64,000 bases of DNA, taken from contig NC_086097.1 of the NCBI RefSeq assembly GCF_963921235.1, forward strand, positions 152,646,001 to 152,710,000. Reading direction: 5' to 3'. The notes under the pieces were generated by a model. That model worked only from the letters and a program-made list of their open reading frames with translations. It ran no database searches and had not been told where the DNA came from. The DNA is from Mobula hypostoma. Its lineage: Eukaryota. Numbering within the stretch: the stretch's first letter is position 1; the number at the start of each line of letters is the position of its first letter. The translations under genes were made by a program, and so were the position numbers. Shown here one piece after another: positions 51,231-63,933 of the stretch.

Positions 51231-51650
51231 AGGGCTTGTCAGGACTTGTCTACAGAGTTAGAGATCATGGAATGAGTGAGAGACAGTAACTTGTGCAGTT
51301 TACACACCAGTTTTAAAAAGCAAGGAGGACCTGTCAGCACTTGTCTGTAGAGTGGGAGACTGCAAAGTGAATTGAAGACAGTTGTTTGAGAAGTTTACGC
51401 GCTAGTTTTAAAAAAAACAAGCGAGGCCTGTCGGGACTTGTCTGCAGAGCGGGAGACTGTGGGATGATTTGGACACAGTTCTTTGTGGAGTTTACACACT
51501 AGTTTTAAAAAGCAAACCCAGCCTATCAGGACTTTTCTGAGGAGTTGAAGGTCGTGGAGTGAGTTGGAAACAGTTCCTTGTGGAGTTTACGTGCAAGATT
51601 TTCAAAGCGAGCAGGACACGCTGGAACCTGTCTACAGGGCAGGAGATTGC
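51231..51650 (+). repeat. about 95-bp tandem monomer array (4-5 diverged units) at the 5' end of a CR1
   Basis: Recurring unit cctgtcgggacttgtctgcagagcgggagact...acagtt...gtggagtttacacactagttttaaaaagcaa. Confidence 0.85.
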
Positions 51651-54395
51651 TTGGGTTATTAGTAACTTAACAAGGGCCAATTAAAATAATTGAGGTGAAA
51701 ACTGAATGGACATTGTGGGAGTGGGTCAGGGTTAAAGTGGAATCCATTGACTCAGCAAGCTTTGGCAAAAACAGGCAGAGGCTAAGGGTGCTGGGTATTT
51801 TGGAATCATTTAGTTGATGAAAAACTTAAGCTTAAGAGTTAGAGCTAAAGGTATAACAAAGTGTAGACAGGATGGTAGTTAAGGTAGTGGAATGTTCCAC
51901 TTGTTAGATGTGGGTTTGCAGGATAGCTAACCGTCTCCCTGATGTCTACATCTGCAGGAAAGGCACCTAACTTCTGCTCCTGACTGACAAGGTCAAAGAA
52001 CTGGAGCTGGAACATAGAAGAGGTGGTTTGATGTGGTTAAATCCAGAGAGTAAGCTTCATATAGTAGATTGGTGACTACCAAGGTGAAGTAAGAGGAGTT
52101 TACAGTCAGTGCAAGGTTCTCCTGAAAGCATTCCCCCTTAGCAACAAGTATACCCCTTGGGATATTACTGGGGAGGATAACCTGTCGGGGCACAGCAACA
52201 GCAGCCAGGCCAGTGGCACTGTGGCCGACTCTGAGGCTCAACGGGGAAGAGTAAAGTCAGACAGAGTGACAGTGATAGGAGACTCACTAGTCAGTGGGGT
52301 GGACAGGAGAGTCTGTGGTCACCAAAGAGATGTCAATATGATGTTTTTCCTCCCAGATGCAAGGGTCTAGGATGTGTCCAAGTGACTGTGGAATATTCTC
52401 AGGAGAGAGTGTGAGCAGCCAGAGGTCGTGGTGCTTATTGGCACCAATGATATGGGTACAAAGGGGGAAGAGGTCCTGTACAGTGAGGATAGGGAGTTAG
52501 GAAAGAGACTGAAGAGCAGGAGCTCCAAGGTAGGAATCTCTGGATGACTCCCAGTGAAGAATGCTAGTCAGAGTAGGAATAGGATGATAGCACAGACGAA
52601 TGAGTGATTGAGGAACTAGCGTGAGGCACAGGGTTTCAGGTTCTTAGATTATTGGAGCCAATTCTGGAGCAGGTATGACTTGTACAAGAAGGATGTGTTG
52701 GACCTAAACTGGCAGGGAACCAATATCCTGATCAGGAGATTACAAGTACTACTCATGAGGGTTTAAAACTAGTTTGGTAGGGGGTTGGGAACCAGAGCAC
52801 CAGAGGGAACATAATGGAGGACTTGCCCACTGAGTCTATAGGAGTAGATCTCAAAAATAGGAAGGATACAGTCTCTCTGATGGGATTGTACTACAGAACC
52901 CCCAGTAGCCCGCAGGACATTGAAAACAGATATGCAGGCAGATTAAGGAAAGTTGTGAAAATAATAGGGTTGTTTGCATGGGGGAATTAAACTTTCCTTT
53001 TATAAACTGGGACCTTCTGAGTGCAATAGATTTAGATGGGACAGAATTTATTAAGTATATCAAGGAGAGATTCTTAAATCAATGTGTCGATAGTGTAACA
53101 AGAGGAGAGTGGGTACTGGACCTGGTATTGAGAAATGAGCTTGGACAGTGGACCAACCTTTTAATGGGTGAGCAGTTAGGAAACAGTGACCACAACTCCT
53201 TAAGTTTTAAGATAGCTATAGATGAGAATAATTATGGACTTTGCCAGAGAGTATCAGATTGGAACAGGGCAAATTATGACAGCATTAGGCAGGAACTAGG
53301 GAGAGTTAATAGGGAACGGTTGCTTTTTGGCGAGTCCACATATGACTTTTGGAGAGTGTTTAAAGACCAACTGCACAGATTACAGGATCAGTATGTTCCA
53401 GTAAGAAGAAAGGACAAAGTTGGCCAGATAAGGGAACCTTGGGTATCGAGAGAGGTGATGAATTTAGTCAAGAAGAGAAAGGAAAAGTAGGTAAAACTTG
53501 GGAATGCAGAATCAAATAGAGCCCTGGAGAATTATAATGAAGTCAGAAGGAACTCATGAAGGGAATTAGAGAAGTCAAGAGGGGCTTGGCAAGTTGGATT
53601 TAAGAAAATCCTAAAGCATTCTATTCATACATCAAGAGCAAGAGTATAAATAGGGAGATAGTAAAACTATTAAAGATGAAGGGGGGAGCATTTGCCTAGA
53701 TGTGGAGGATATGGTTGAGGTCTTCAGTAGGTACTTTACATGAGGATTTTCCAGGGTGAAGGGCATGGAAGATAGAGAGCTCAGTACTGAGTGTATTAAT
53801 ATGCTTGGACATTTCAAGGTGAAGGAGGAAGTAATGTTGGATCTTTTCCAGAGCATTAAGTTGGATGAGTCCCCAAGGCCTGATGGGGTATACTAGGCTA
53901 TTGAGAGATGCAAGAGAAGAGATTGCTGACACTTGACCAATAGCCACAGGCAAGGTCCCAGATAAATGGTGAGTAGCTAATGCTGTTCCATTAGTCAAGA
54001 AGGGAACCAGGGATAATCCTGGAAACTATATACCTGTGAGTCTCGCATCAGTGCTATAGTAGTTACTGGAGAGAATTCTTAGGGATAGGATTAATGAATA
54101 TTTAGAAACCCATGGCCTAATTCTGGAGAGCCAGTTTGGATTTGTATGGGTCATGTTGTGTCTTACTAACTTGATTGAGTTTTTTGATGAGGTGATGAGG
54201 ATGAGTAATGAAGGTAGAGCTGTGGATGTTGTCTACATGGATCTTACTAAGACATTTGATAAAGTTTCTTATGGGGGGGCTCATCCAGAAGAGAAAGATG
54301 CATGGGATCCATGGTGAATTGCTCGCTTGGATTCAAAACTTGCTTGCTCATTGAAAGGCCTCTTCCTGTGCTGTACTCTTCAATGTTCTTTGATC
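51231..54395 (+). mobile_element. old CR1 with ORF1 esterase and ORF2 remnants, internally deleted, inserted in a Rex1 3' end (51045-51230 plus 54398-54990)
   Basis: VIGDSLV and VVVLIGTND (ORF1), MGELNFPFINW...LGNSDHNSL (EN), and RT remnants up to FDKVS. Confidence 0.85.
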
Positions 54396-56051
54396 TAACA
54401 TGGTGCAAGGTCATCATGAGATAGATTGTGAAGTCAAGTGTCCATTTTATTCTACTAGGGGATCACTCAATAGTCTTATATCAGCTGTCCTTGAGCCTGA
54501 TGGCACATGTTTTCAGTCTGTTGTATTTTCTGCCTAATGGAAGAAGGAAGAAGAGAGATTGTGGGAGGGGTGGGAAGGGCCTTTAATTATATTGACTGCT
54601 TTACTAAAGCAGCAAGGTGTAGATAGACTATATGGAGGGGAGGCCGGTATATCATGATAAGCTGAATTTTTTCCACAACTCTCTGCAGTTCCTTGTAGTC
54701 TCAAGCAGAACAGTTGCCATATGAAGCCATGCTGTACCTGGAGAGCATGCTTCCTATGGTCAATCTATAAAAATTAGTGAGTCAACAGGGTTATACCAAG
54801 TTTCTTCATCCTCCTGAGGAAGTAGAACGGTTAATTTTCTTGGTTGTTATTTCTACATAGTTGAACCAGAACAGGTTTTTGGTGATGTTTACTCTTTGTA
54901 CTTAAAGCTCTCAGCCAGCACCATTGACAGAAACAGAAAAGGGTACACTGCCTGCTCCGTCAGATCAATGACCAACTCTTTCCTTTTGCTGGAAATGGGT
55001 TGAAATTGCCCTTATGTAATTTCTTTCACACATTATCTGCAGGAGTTTACAAATCTGAAAAAAAGATATTGGCATTTTACAGAAGATTAAGCCACTCTAA
55101 TGATAAAGGTTGAGTGGGATTAAACTGGTCTCTGGACACAGAGTTGCAATGATCATCAGCAATTTGTGAGATAGTGTTGGACTATTAGAGAATGTCAGAG
55201 AACAGAGAGACTCTTTGAAAAAGAAAACAGATACTAAAGGGAAGATAACGAAACAAATGTTCTCAAGGATTGATTTAGTCAGTTGTAGATGGAGAGTATC
55301 CAACCAGCAATAAACTGATGGAGTATTGCTACAAGGGATCTGTCCTCTGGGGCTGTACTTCATTAGTCTACACACTTGCCACATACAACAAATTCACATT
55401 TATGTACAACATTTGACTTACATGAGTAACCAGATAAAGCTGCTGGACCAACAACTCTAAAACAAGGCATGAGCAATCTTAAAGATGCACTTTATATATT
55501 CCTAATATCTTGAGACTTCAAAGGCATAAGACATAAGAGCAGAATAAGGGTATTTGGCTCATCAAGTCAGCTCCACCATTCCATCATGGCTGATTTGTAA
55601 TCCCTCTTCACTCCATTCTCCTGCCTTCTCCCGGTAATATTTGACACCTTTACTAATCAAGAACCCATCGATTTTCGCTCTATATATATCTAAATAAATT
55701 GATTGGCCTCCAGAGCCATCTGTGGTAATGAATTCCACAGATTTAGCACCACCTGGCCAAACAAATTCTTCCTTATTTCTGTTCTAAAGAGGCATCCTTC
55801 TATTCTGAGGCTGCGCGCTCTGGTCCTTGACTTCCCCACTGTAGGAAACATCCTCTCTATGTCTATATGATCTAGGCCTTTCAATATTCGATGGGTTTCA
55901 ATTAAATCCCTCTTTATTCTTCTAAACTCTAGTGAATAGGGGCCCAGAGCCATTAAACACTCCTCATAGATTAACCGTTTCCTTCCCGGAATCATTCACA
56001 ATAACCTTCTCTGGACCCTCTGCTATGTTAGCACGTTCTTTCTTTCATAAG

Positions 56052-56204
56052 TAGCTAGCCATCTGGACACAAGCTGGGGTCTGATCAGCTCCGGCTGGGT
56101 CACCTGGAGGAGGTTATATGAAATTGAATGACCCGAAACACCCGATGATTCCAGGAACATCACTGAAGATGTGTCCAGAAGCATCAATAGATGTATGTAC
56201 ACAG
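56052..56204 (+). mobile_element. HERO-like 3'UTR fragment nested in CR1
   Basis: ctgatcagctccggctgggtcacctgg...gacccgaaacacccgatga...cactgaagatgtgtcc resembles fish HERO 3' ends (from memory). Flanked by ataag at 56047-56051 and 56205-56209. Confidence 0.6.
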
Positions 56205-58276
56205 ATAAGGGGCTGAAAACTACTCATGATACTCCAAGTGCAATCTGACTAATAAAGCCTCAGCAATACAGCTTTGCTTTTATATTCTAGTCCTTCCAAA
56301 ATGAATTTGCATTTGCCTTCCTTACCACCAACTCAATGTACAAGTTAACCTTCAAGGAACCCGGCATGAGGACTCCCAAGTTCCTTTGCTCCTCTGATTT
56401 CTGAACTTATTCTGTTTTGAAAATAGTCCTTTATTCCTCCCACCAAAGTGCATGACCATACATTTCTCTACACTGTATTACACCCGCTACTTTTTTGTTC
56501 ATTCTCCTAGTCTATCTAAATCCTCTGTAGACTCTGCTTTCTCAGCACTGCATGCCCTTCTACCTATCTTTGTATCGTCTGAAAACTTGGCCATAAAGCC
56601 ATCAATTCCATCATCCAAATCATTAAGGCAACACAGACAAAATGCTGGTGGAACGCAGCAGACCAGGCAGCATCTACAGGAAGAGGTACACTCGAAGTTT
56701 CGGGCTGAGATCCTTCGTCAGGATTAACTGAAAGAAGAGATAGTCAGAGATCTGAAAGTGGGAGGGGGAAGTGGAGATCTGAAATGATAGAAGACAGGAG
56801 GGGAGGGATGAAGCCAAGAGCTGGAAAGTTGATTGGCAAAAGGGATACAAGGCTGGAGAAATGAGAGGATCATGGGACGGGAAGCCTAGGGAGAAAGAAA
56901 GGGGGAGGGGAGCACCAGAGGAAGATATAGTGAGAGAGACAGAGGGAGAAAAAAGAGAAAGGAAGGGGAAAAATTAAAAATAATAATAAACAAACGAACA
57001 AACAAACAAACAAACAAACAAACAAACAAATAAATAAATAAATAAGGGATGGGGTAAGAAGAGGAGGAGGGGCATTAACAGAAGTTAGAGAAGTCAATGT
57101 TCATGCCATCAGGTTAGAGGCTACCCAGATGGAATATAAGGTGTTGTTCCTCCAACCTGAGTGTGGCTTCATCTTTACAGTAGAGGAGGCCATGGATGGA
57201 CATATCAGAATGGGAATGGGACGTGGAATTAAAATGAGTGGCCATTGGGAAATCCTGCTTTCTCTGACGGACAGAGCGTAGGTGTTCAGCGAAACGATCT
57301 CCCAGTCTGCGTCGGGTCTCGCCAATATATAGAAAGCCACATCGGGAGCACCGGACGCAGTATATCACCCCAGCTGACTCACAGGTGAAGTGTCGCCTCA
57401 CCTGGAAGGACTGTCTGGGGCCCTGAATGGTGGTGAGAGAGGAAGTGTAAGGGCATGTGTAGCACTTGTTCCGCTTACAAGGATAAATGCCAGAAGGGAG
57501 ATTGGTGGGAAGGGATGGGGGGGGGATGAATGGACAAGGGAGTCGCATAAGGAGTGATCCCTGTGGAAAGCAGAAGGGGGGGAGGGAAAGATGTGCTTGG
57601 TGGTGGGATCCCGTTGGAGGTGGCGACAGTTACAGAGAATAATATGTTGGACCCGGAGGCTGGTGGGCTGGTAGGTGAGGACGGTGGGGGGCACCCTATC
57701 CCTAGTGGGGTGGCAGGAGGATGGAGTGAGAGGAGATGTGCGTGAAATGGGAGAGATGCATTTGAGAGCAGAGTTGATGCTGGAGGAAGGGAAGCCCTTT
57801 TAAAAAAGGAAGACATCTCCTTGTCCTGGAATGAAAAGTCTTATCAGGTGCAGTGGAGACAGAGGAATTGAGAGAAGGGGATGGCATTTTTGCAAGAGAT
57901 AGGGTGGGAAGAGGAACAATCTCGGTAGCTGTGAGAGTCCGTAGGCTTATATTAGACATCAGTAGATAAGCTGTTGCCAGAGATAGAGAAAGAAAGATCA
58001 AGAAAGGGGAGGGAGGTGTTGGAAATAGAACAGGTATACTTGAGGGCAGGGTGAAAGTTGAAGGCAAAGTTGATGAAGTCAAATGGCTCAGCATGCGTGC
58101 AGGAAGCAGTGCCAATGCAGTTGTCGATGTAGCGAAGGAAAAGTGGGGGACAGATACCAGTATAGGCTTGGAACATGGATTGTTCCACAAAGCCAACAGG
58201 AGAAATTATTAAGAGTAAGGACTAATTCTGCTAGACGGAGGAGAGTGATGGTAGAGGGGAACTGGTTAGGTTTGGA

Positions 58277-59531
58277 ATCCGTCTAGCAGAATTAGTCCTT
58301 ACCCTTAATAATTTCTCCTTTGGCTCCTCCCACTTCCTCCAAACTAAAGGTGTAGCTATGGGCACCCGTATGGGTCCCAGCTATGCCTGCCTTTTTGTTG
58401 GCTTTGTGGAACAATACATATTCCGAGCCTATACTGGTATCTGTCCCCCACTTTTCCTTCGCAACATCGACGACTGCATTGGCGCTGCTTCCTGCACGCA
58501 TGCTGAGCTCGGTGACTTCATTAACTTTGCCTCCAACTTTAACCCTGCCCTCAAATTTACCTGGTCCATTTCCGACACCTCCCTCCCCTTTCTTGATCTT
58601 TCTGTCTCTATCTCTGGCAACAGCTTATCTACTGATGTGTACTATAAGCCTACGGACTCTCACAGCTACCTGGACTATTCCTCTTCTCACCCTGTCTCTT
58701 GCAAAAATGCCACCCCCTTCTCGCAATTCCTCCGTCTCTGCTGTATCTGCTCTCAGGATGAGGCTTTTCATTCCAGGACGAAGGAGATGTCTTCCTTTTT
58801 TAAAGAAATGGGCTTCCTTTCCTCCACCATCAACTCTGCTCTCAAATGCATCTCTCCCATTTCATGCACATCTGCTCTCACCCCATCCTCCTGCCACCCC
58901 ACTAGGGATAGGGTGCCCCCCGTCCTCACCTACCACCCCACTAGCCTCCAGGTCCAACATATTATTCTCCGTAACTTCTGCCACCTCCAACGGGATCCCA
59001 CCACCAAGCAGATCTTTCCCTCCCCCCCCCTTTCTGCTTTCCACAGGAATCACACACTATGTGACTCCCTTGTCCATTTGTCTCCCCCCCATCCCTTCCC
59101 ACCGATCTTCCTCCCGGCACTTATTCTTGTAAGCGGAACAAGTGCTACACATGCCCTTACACTTCCTCTCTCACCACCATTCAGGGCCCCAGACAGTCCT
59201 TCCAGGTGAGGCGAAACTTCACCTGTGAGTCCGCTGGGTGATATACTGCGTCTGGTGCTCCCGATGTGGCCTTCTATATATCGGTGAGACCCGACGCAGA
59301 CTGGGAGACCGTTTCGCTGAACACCTACGCTCTGTCCGCCAGAGAAAGCAGGATCTCCCAGTGACCACTCATTTTAATTCCATGTCCCATTCCCATTCTG
59401 ATATGTCCATCCATGGCCTCCTCTACTGTCAAGATGAAGCCACACTTAGGCTGGATGAACAACACCTTATATTCCGTCTGGGTAGCCTCCAACCTGATAA
59501 CATGTACATTGACTTCTCTAACTTCTGTTAA
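58277..59531 (+). pseudogene. Penelope RT (C-terminal half) plus GIY-YIG endonuclease
   Basis: GVAMGTRMGPSYACLF, RNIDDC, LPFLDL, VYYKPTDSHSYLDY and VIYCVWCSRCGLLYIGETRRRLGDRFAEH, with one frameshift near 59100. Confidence 0.93.
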
Positions 59532-59827
59532 TGCCCCTCCTCCCCTTCTTACCCCATCCCTTATTTATTTATTCTTCTCCTCCCCTCCTTTCTCTTTTTT
59601 CTCCCTCTGTCCCTCTCACTATATCTTCCTCTGGTGCTCCCCTCCCCCTTTCTTCCCCCCTAGGCCTCCCATCCCATGATCCTCTCCCTTCTCCAGCCTT
59701 GTATGGCTTTTGCCAATCAACTGTCCAGCTCTTAGCTCCATCTTTCCCCCTCCTGTCTTCTCCTATCATTTCTGATCTCCCCCTCCCCCTCACACTTTCA
59801 AATCTTTTACTATCTCTTCTTTCAGTT

Positions 59828-59864
59828 AGTCCTGACGAAGGGTCTCGGCCGGAAACGCCGTCTG
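59828..59864 (+). ncRNA. minimal hammerhead ribozyme (Penelope pLTR)
   Basis: agtc CTGACGA agggtctcggccg GAAA cgcc. The cleavage triplet is mutated relative to other copies. Confidence 0.6.
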
Positions 59865-60103
59865 TGCTTCTTCCTATAGATGCTGCCTGGTCTGCTGTGT
59901 TCCACCAGCATTTTGTGTGTGTTGCTTGAATTTCCAGCATCTGCAGATTTCCTCGTGTTTGCGGATCCAAATCATTAATATATAATGTGAAAAGAAGTAG
60001 TCCCTACATCAACCCTTGCGGAACACCACTGGTCACTAGCAGCCAACCACAAAAAGATCTCCTTTACTTCCACTCTTTGTCTTCTGCCAGTCAGCAAATC
60101 TTC

Positions 60104-60130
60104 CAGCACCTGCAGAATTCCTCGTGTTTG
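60104..60130 (+). mobile_element. 27-bp Penelope extreme-3'-tail insertion
   Basis: cagcacctgcagaattcctcgtgtttg matches the PLE terminus and is flanked by a 12-bp TSD cagcRaatcttc at 60092-60103 and 60131-60142. Confidence 0.85.
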
Positions 60131-60949
60131 CAGCGAATCTTCTATCCATTCTTGTAGCTTTCATGTAATACCATGGGCTCTAACTTTGTTTAGCAGTCTC
60201 ATATGCAGCACCTTGTCAAAGGTCCTCTGAAAGTCCAAGTAAACAGCATCCATTTACTCTCCTGGACTTCTTCTGAACTTGATTGGCACTGGTTAAATGC
60301 ATATTGCAGGTAACGGTATGCATCCGATCAAGCTTATTAATTAAAGCAAAGCTAATGCTTATATTTCATTGTGAGGACAGGTCGTGAGTATGCCAAAATC
60401 AGCAGATCTTTTGTAGCTTATCCATAGAGAAAAAAAAACTTCCATCTTTTCAATTCAGATTGTGTTTAAATGCAGCTATCACATATGGAAAGGCAGTGCA
60501 TCATCTAATCCCTTAAAGCCGCTGCTTCTTGTGGTGCTTGTGAATGTGTGACCTATATGTATAATGTACGTGACTATGCACAATACAGTTGGAGAGACTG
60601 GAATGATGAAAATGAACATGTTTTTGCAGTTCTCTAAGCCTTTCAGTAATTCATTATATTCCAGGCACACATACTGTTAGAATGCCAACTCACGCATACA
60701 TTATAGATTGGCAAAAAGAATAAAAGACTCAGTCTCAAAATACAACTGGCCATGTACATGGTACAAACATGAAGATTTATTTGTAAGCTGACAATATTGG
60801 TAAGCAAAAGAGAAAGCTTGAGACATCTACAACTTCATGGAGGAAAAAAAGCAGCAACTAAGTCTAAATTAGTTATATGCACAAGGAGGGGAAGCAACAG
60901 AGCTTGAGAGTACTTTATTTGACCAATCCATTGTCACGGAGAAGGATCA

Positions 60950-62110
60950 AGGATTCAATTTTTTTTACCACATACATTTACATTCATTAGGAATTTGCTG
61001 TGATGTGTTGACACTACAAAATATAGCAATATTCAAAAATTATAAAGAATAAAGAATAATATTTAAGATTCAAGATTCTTTATTTTCATTCTTCTGCACA
61101 CGAGTGTAAAGGAGAACAAAATGATTGTTACTCCAGATCAGATGCAGAAAAAAAAAACACAATAAGCATAAATAACACAATAAAAAAGCACAATAAAAAT
61201 AAATACATACAGTAAGATTAGCTTATATATATATAGACTTTACCTAGAGTAATTCTAACTACTGTACATTAGGTGATTGACAGGAAATAATATAGTAGTG
61301 GTAGTGGGGTGGGTTAATGGGTGGAGGTGTTCCTTAGCTGATGAGTTGGGGAAAGAAATTGTTTTTGAGTCTGGTGGCCCTGGCAAGGGTGCTGTGTATC
61401 CTTTTCTCTGATGTGCGTAGGATAAACAGTCCATGTGTAGGGTGGGTGAAATCTTCATGATATTGCTGGCACATTTATTTACATATGTCATTAATGGCAG
61501 GTAGGCTGATGCTGGTAATGCACTGGGAAGTTTTAACTGTTGTGTTCATTATTGAGGGATAGTGCAGAGCACACCAGGACACCAACATACAGGATATTCA
61601 AATTAACTTTATTGACAATCCTGCTTGTATATTATGTGAACTTCTCACATGTGGGAGCGACTAACTGAGTGGCATAGGAATAATACTACTAACTACCACT
61701 ACTTACTACATTAACTATCCATCGTAGAGCCCTCTTGTCTGCCTGATAGTATAACAATAAATTTAGAAGTCTGGATATGGAAGAAAATGTGTGTAAATAC
61801 ATAAATACCAACATGCATTTACAATGTTAACAACATAATAAAAAGGTAATAGATAGAGGGGGTGGGGTGGTAACGAGAATGGTTATTCAGATTAACTACT
61901 TGAAGGAAGAAATTTTTAACATGTCATGAAGTTTTTTTTTAATAGCCCTATAGTGCTCTTCAGAAGGGATCTCTTGGAAAAGGCAGTTTACCGGGAGGAT
62001 GGTGTCTGTAATGATTTTGCCTGTCTGCTTATTTGTCCTAGACACGTGTAAGTCTTGCAGTGATGGTAAACTACACCCAACGACTACAAGTCTATGCAGA
62101 GTGAAGTCAC
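60950..62110 (-). mobile_element. cluster of old Rex1-type 3' fragments
   Basis: (gattcaa)n-type tails and GCSLPSLQDLHVSRTNKQTGKIITD...LFQEIPS..YRAIK. Confidence 0.65.
61538..61710 (-). mobile_element. short solo LTR (173 bp)
   Basis: TGTTG...CTACA termini, 5-bp TSD ttaac at 61533-61537 and 61711-61715, and AATAAA on the minus strand. Confidence 0.78.
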
Positions 62111-62603
62111 CAAAGATCAAGTTAATGTAGAGTGATCAATGTTAGTGATTAAATACTCCAAGACAGTTAAAGGTATAGGAAAAATGCTAGAGGAGATGGT
62201 AACCCATATAAAGTAGGATGGAGAAAAGGCAACAGCAAGAAAGGAGCTTAATTTTGCAATCTAAGTGCAGTCAGAGGTTTTGAGCTTAAATAAAAGACAG
62301 TGAAAGATAAAACCATCTGTGTAGGTTATATATTTGGCCCTGAAATAATAATGAGAATGTAGAACACAGTATAATGCAATAAATTATAGCCACGTGTAAC
62401 AGGGGCTTTCAATAACCATGGGCAAATTTAAATTATTGCTGCATGAACACTATGTAACAATGTGGAGGACAAATTCATGGTGTGTTTGTGATGATCAGCA
62501 TGTTCAGAAAGCACCTAGAGAAACAAACTGTTTTGTACGTAGCAACACACATAAAAGTTGCTGGTGAACGCAGCAGGCCAGGCAGCATCTCTAGGAAGAG
62601 GTG

Positions 62604-62641
62604 CAGTCGACGTTTCAGGCCGAGACCCTTCGTCAGGACTA
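62604..62641 (-). ncRNA. minimal hammerhead ribozyme (Penelope pLTR), intact core
   Basis: The reverse complement reads agtc CTGACGA agggtctcggcct GAAA cGTC gact. Confidence 0.8.
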
Positions 62642-63933
62642 ACTGAAGGAAGAGTGAGTAAGGGATTTGAAAGTTGGAGGGGGAGGGGGAGATCCAAAAT
62701 GATAGGAGAAGACAGGAGGGGGAGGGATGGAGCCAAGAACTGGACAGGTGATAGGCAAAAGGGATATGAGAGGATCATGGGACAGGAGGTCCGGGAAGAA
62801 AGACAAGGGGGGGGGACCCAGAGGATGGGCAAGGGGTATATTCAGAGGGACAGAGGGAGAAAAAGGAGAGTGAGCGAAAGAATGTGTGTATAAAAATAAG
62901 TAACAGATGGGGTACAAGGGGGAGGTGGGGCATTAGCGGAAGTTAGAGAAGTCGATGTTCATGCCATCAGGTTGGAGGCTACCCAGACGGAATATAAGGT
63001 GTTGATCCTCCAACCTGAGTGTGGCTTCATCTTTACAGTAGAGGAGGCCGTGGATAGACCTATCAGAATGGGAATGGGATGTGGAATTAAAATGTGTGGC
63101 CACTGGGAGATCCTGCTTTCTCTGGCGGACAGAGCGTAGATGTTCAGCAAAGCGGTCTCCCAGTCTGCATCGGGTCTCGCCAATATATAAAAGGCTTACA
63201 CGGATAAGTGCTGGAGGGAGATCAGTGGGGAGGGATGGGGTGGACGAAGTGGTACACATGCCCTTACTCTTCCTCCCTTACCACCATTCAGGGCCCCAAA
63301 CAGTCCTTCCAGGTGAGGCAACACTTCACCTGTGAGTCGGCTGGGGTGATATACTGCGTCCGGTGCTCCCGATGTGGCCTTTTATATATTGGCGAGACCC
63401 GACGCAGACTGGGAGACCGCTTTGCTGAACATCTACGCTCTGTCCACCAGAGAAAGCAGGATCTCCCAGTGGCCACACATTTTAATTCCACATCCCATTC
63501 CCATTCTGACATGTCTATCCACAGCCTCCTCTACTGTAAAGATGAAGCCACACTCAGGTTGGAGGAACAACACCTTATATTCCGTCTGGGAAGCCTCCAA
63601 CCTGATGGCATGAACATCGACTTCTCTAACTTCCGCTAATGCCCCACCTCCCCCTCGTACCCCATCTGTTACTTATTTTTATACACACATTCTTTCTCTC
63701 ACTCTCCTTTTTCTCCCTCTGTCCCTCTGAATATACCCCTTGCCCATCCTCTGGGTCCCCCCTCCCCTTGTCTTTCTTCCTGGACCTCCTGTCCCATGAT
63801 CCTCTCGTATCCCTTTTGCCTATCACCTGTCCAGCTCCTGGCTCCACCCTTCCCCCTCCTGCCTTCTCCTATCATTTTGGATCTCCCCCTCCCCCTCCAA
63901 CTTTCAAATCCCTTACTCAGTCTTCCTTCAGTT

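Larger units (their letters stand above)
56627..59964. mobile_element. Penelope-like inverted (palindromic) insertion, 3.3 kb
   Basis: Minus arm 56627-58280 and plus arm about 58277-59964. Perfect 14-bp TSD atccaaatcattaa at 56613-56626 and 59965-59978. Confidence 0.95.
55523..60265 (-). mobile_element. CR1 3' half, split by Penelope and HERO insertions
   Basis: MIPGRKRLIYEECLMALGPYSLEFRRI. LYINDLDDGIDGFMAKFSDDTKIG is reconstituted across the Penelope TSD. Tail cataagacataag at 55525-55537. Confidence 0.88.

Noticed and set aside
51231..51650. CRISPR-like repeat/spacer array
   Set aside because: The units are homologous over their whole length with no unique spacers, the context is eukaryotic TE sequence, and there are no cas genes.
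56100..56180. hammerhead ribozyme in the HERO-like 3'UTR
   Set aside because: GAAAC and CUGAAGA are present, but the helices of a three-way junction cannot be built in this copy.
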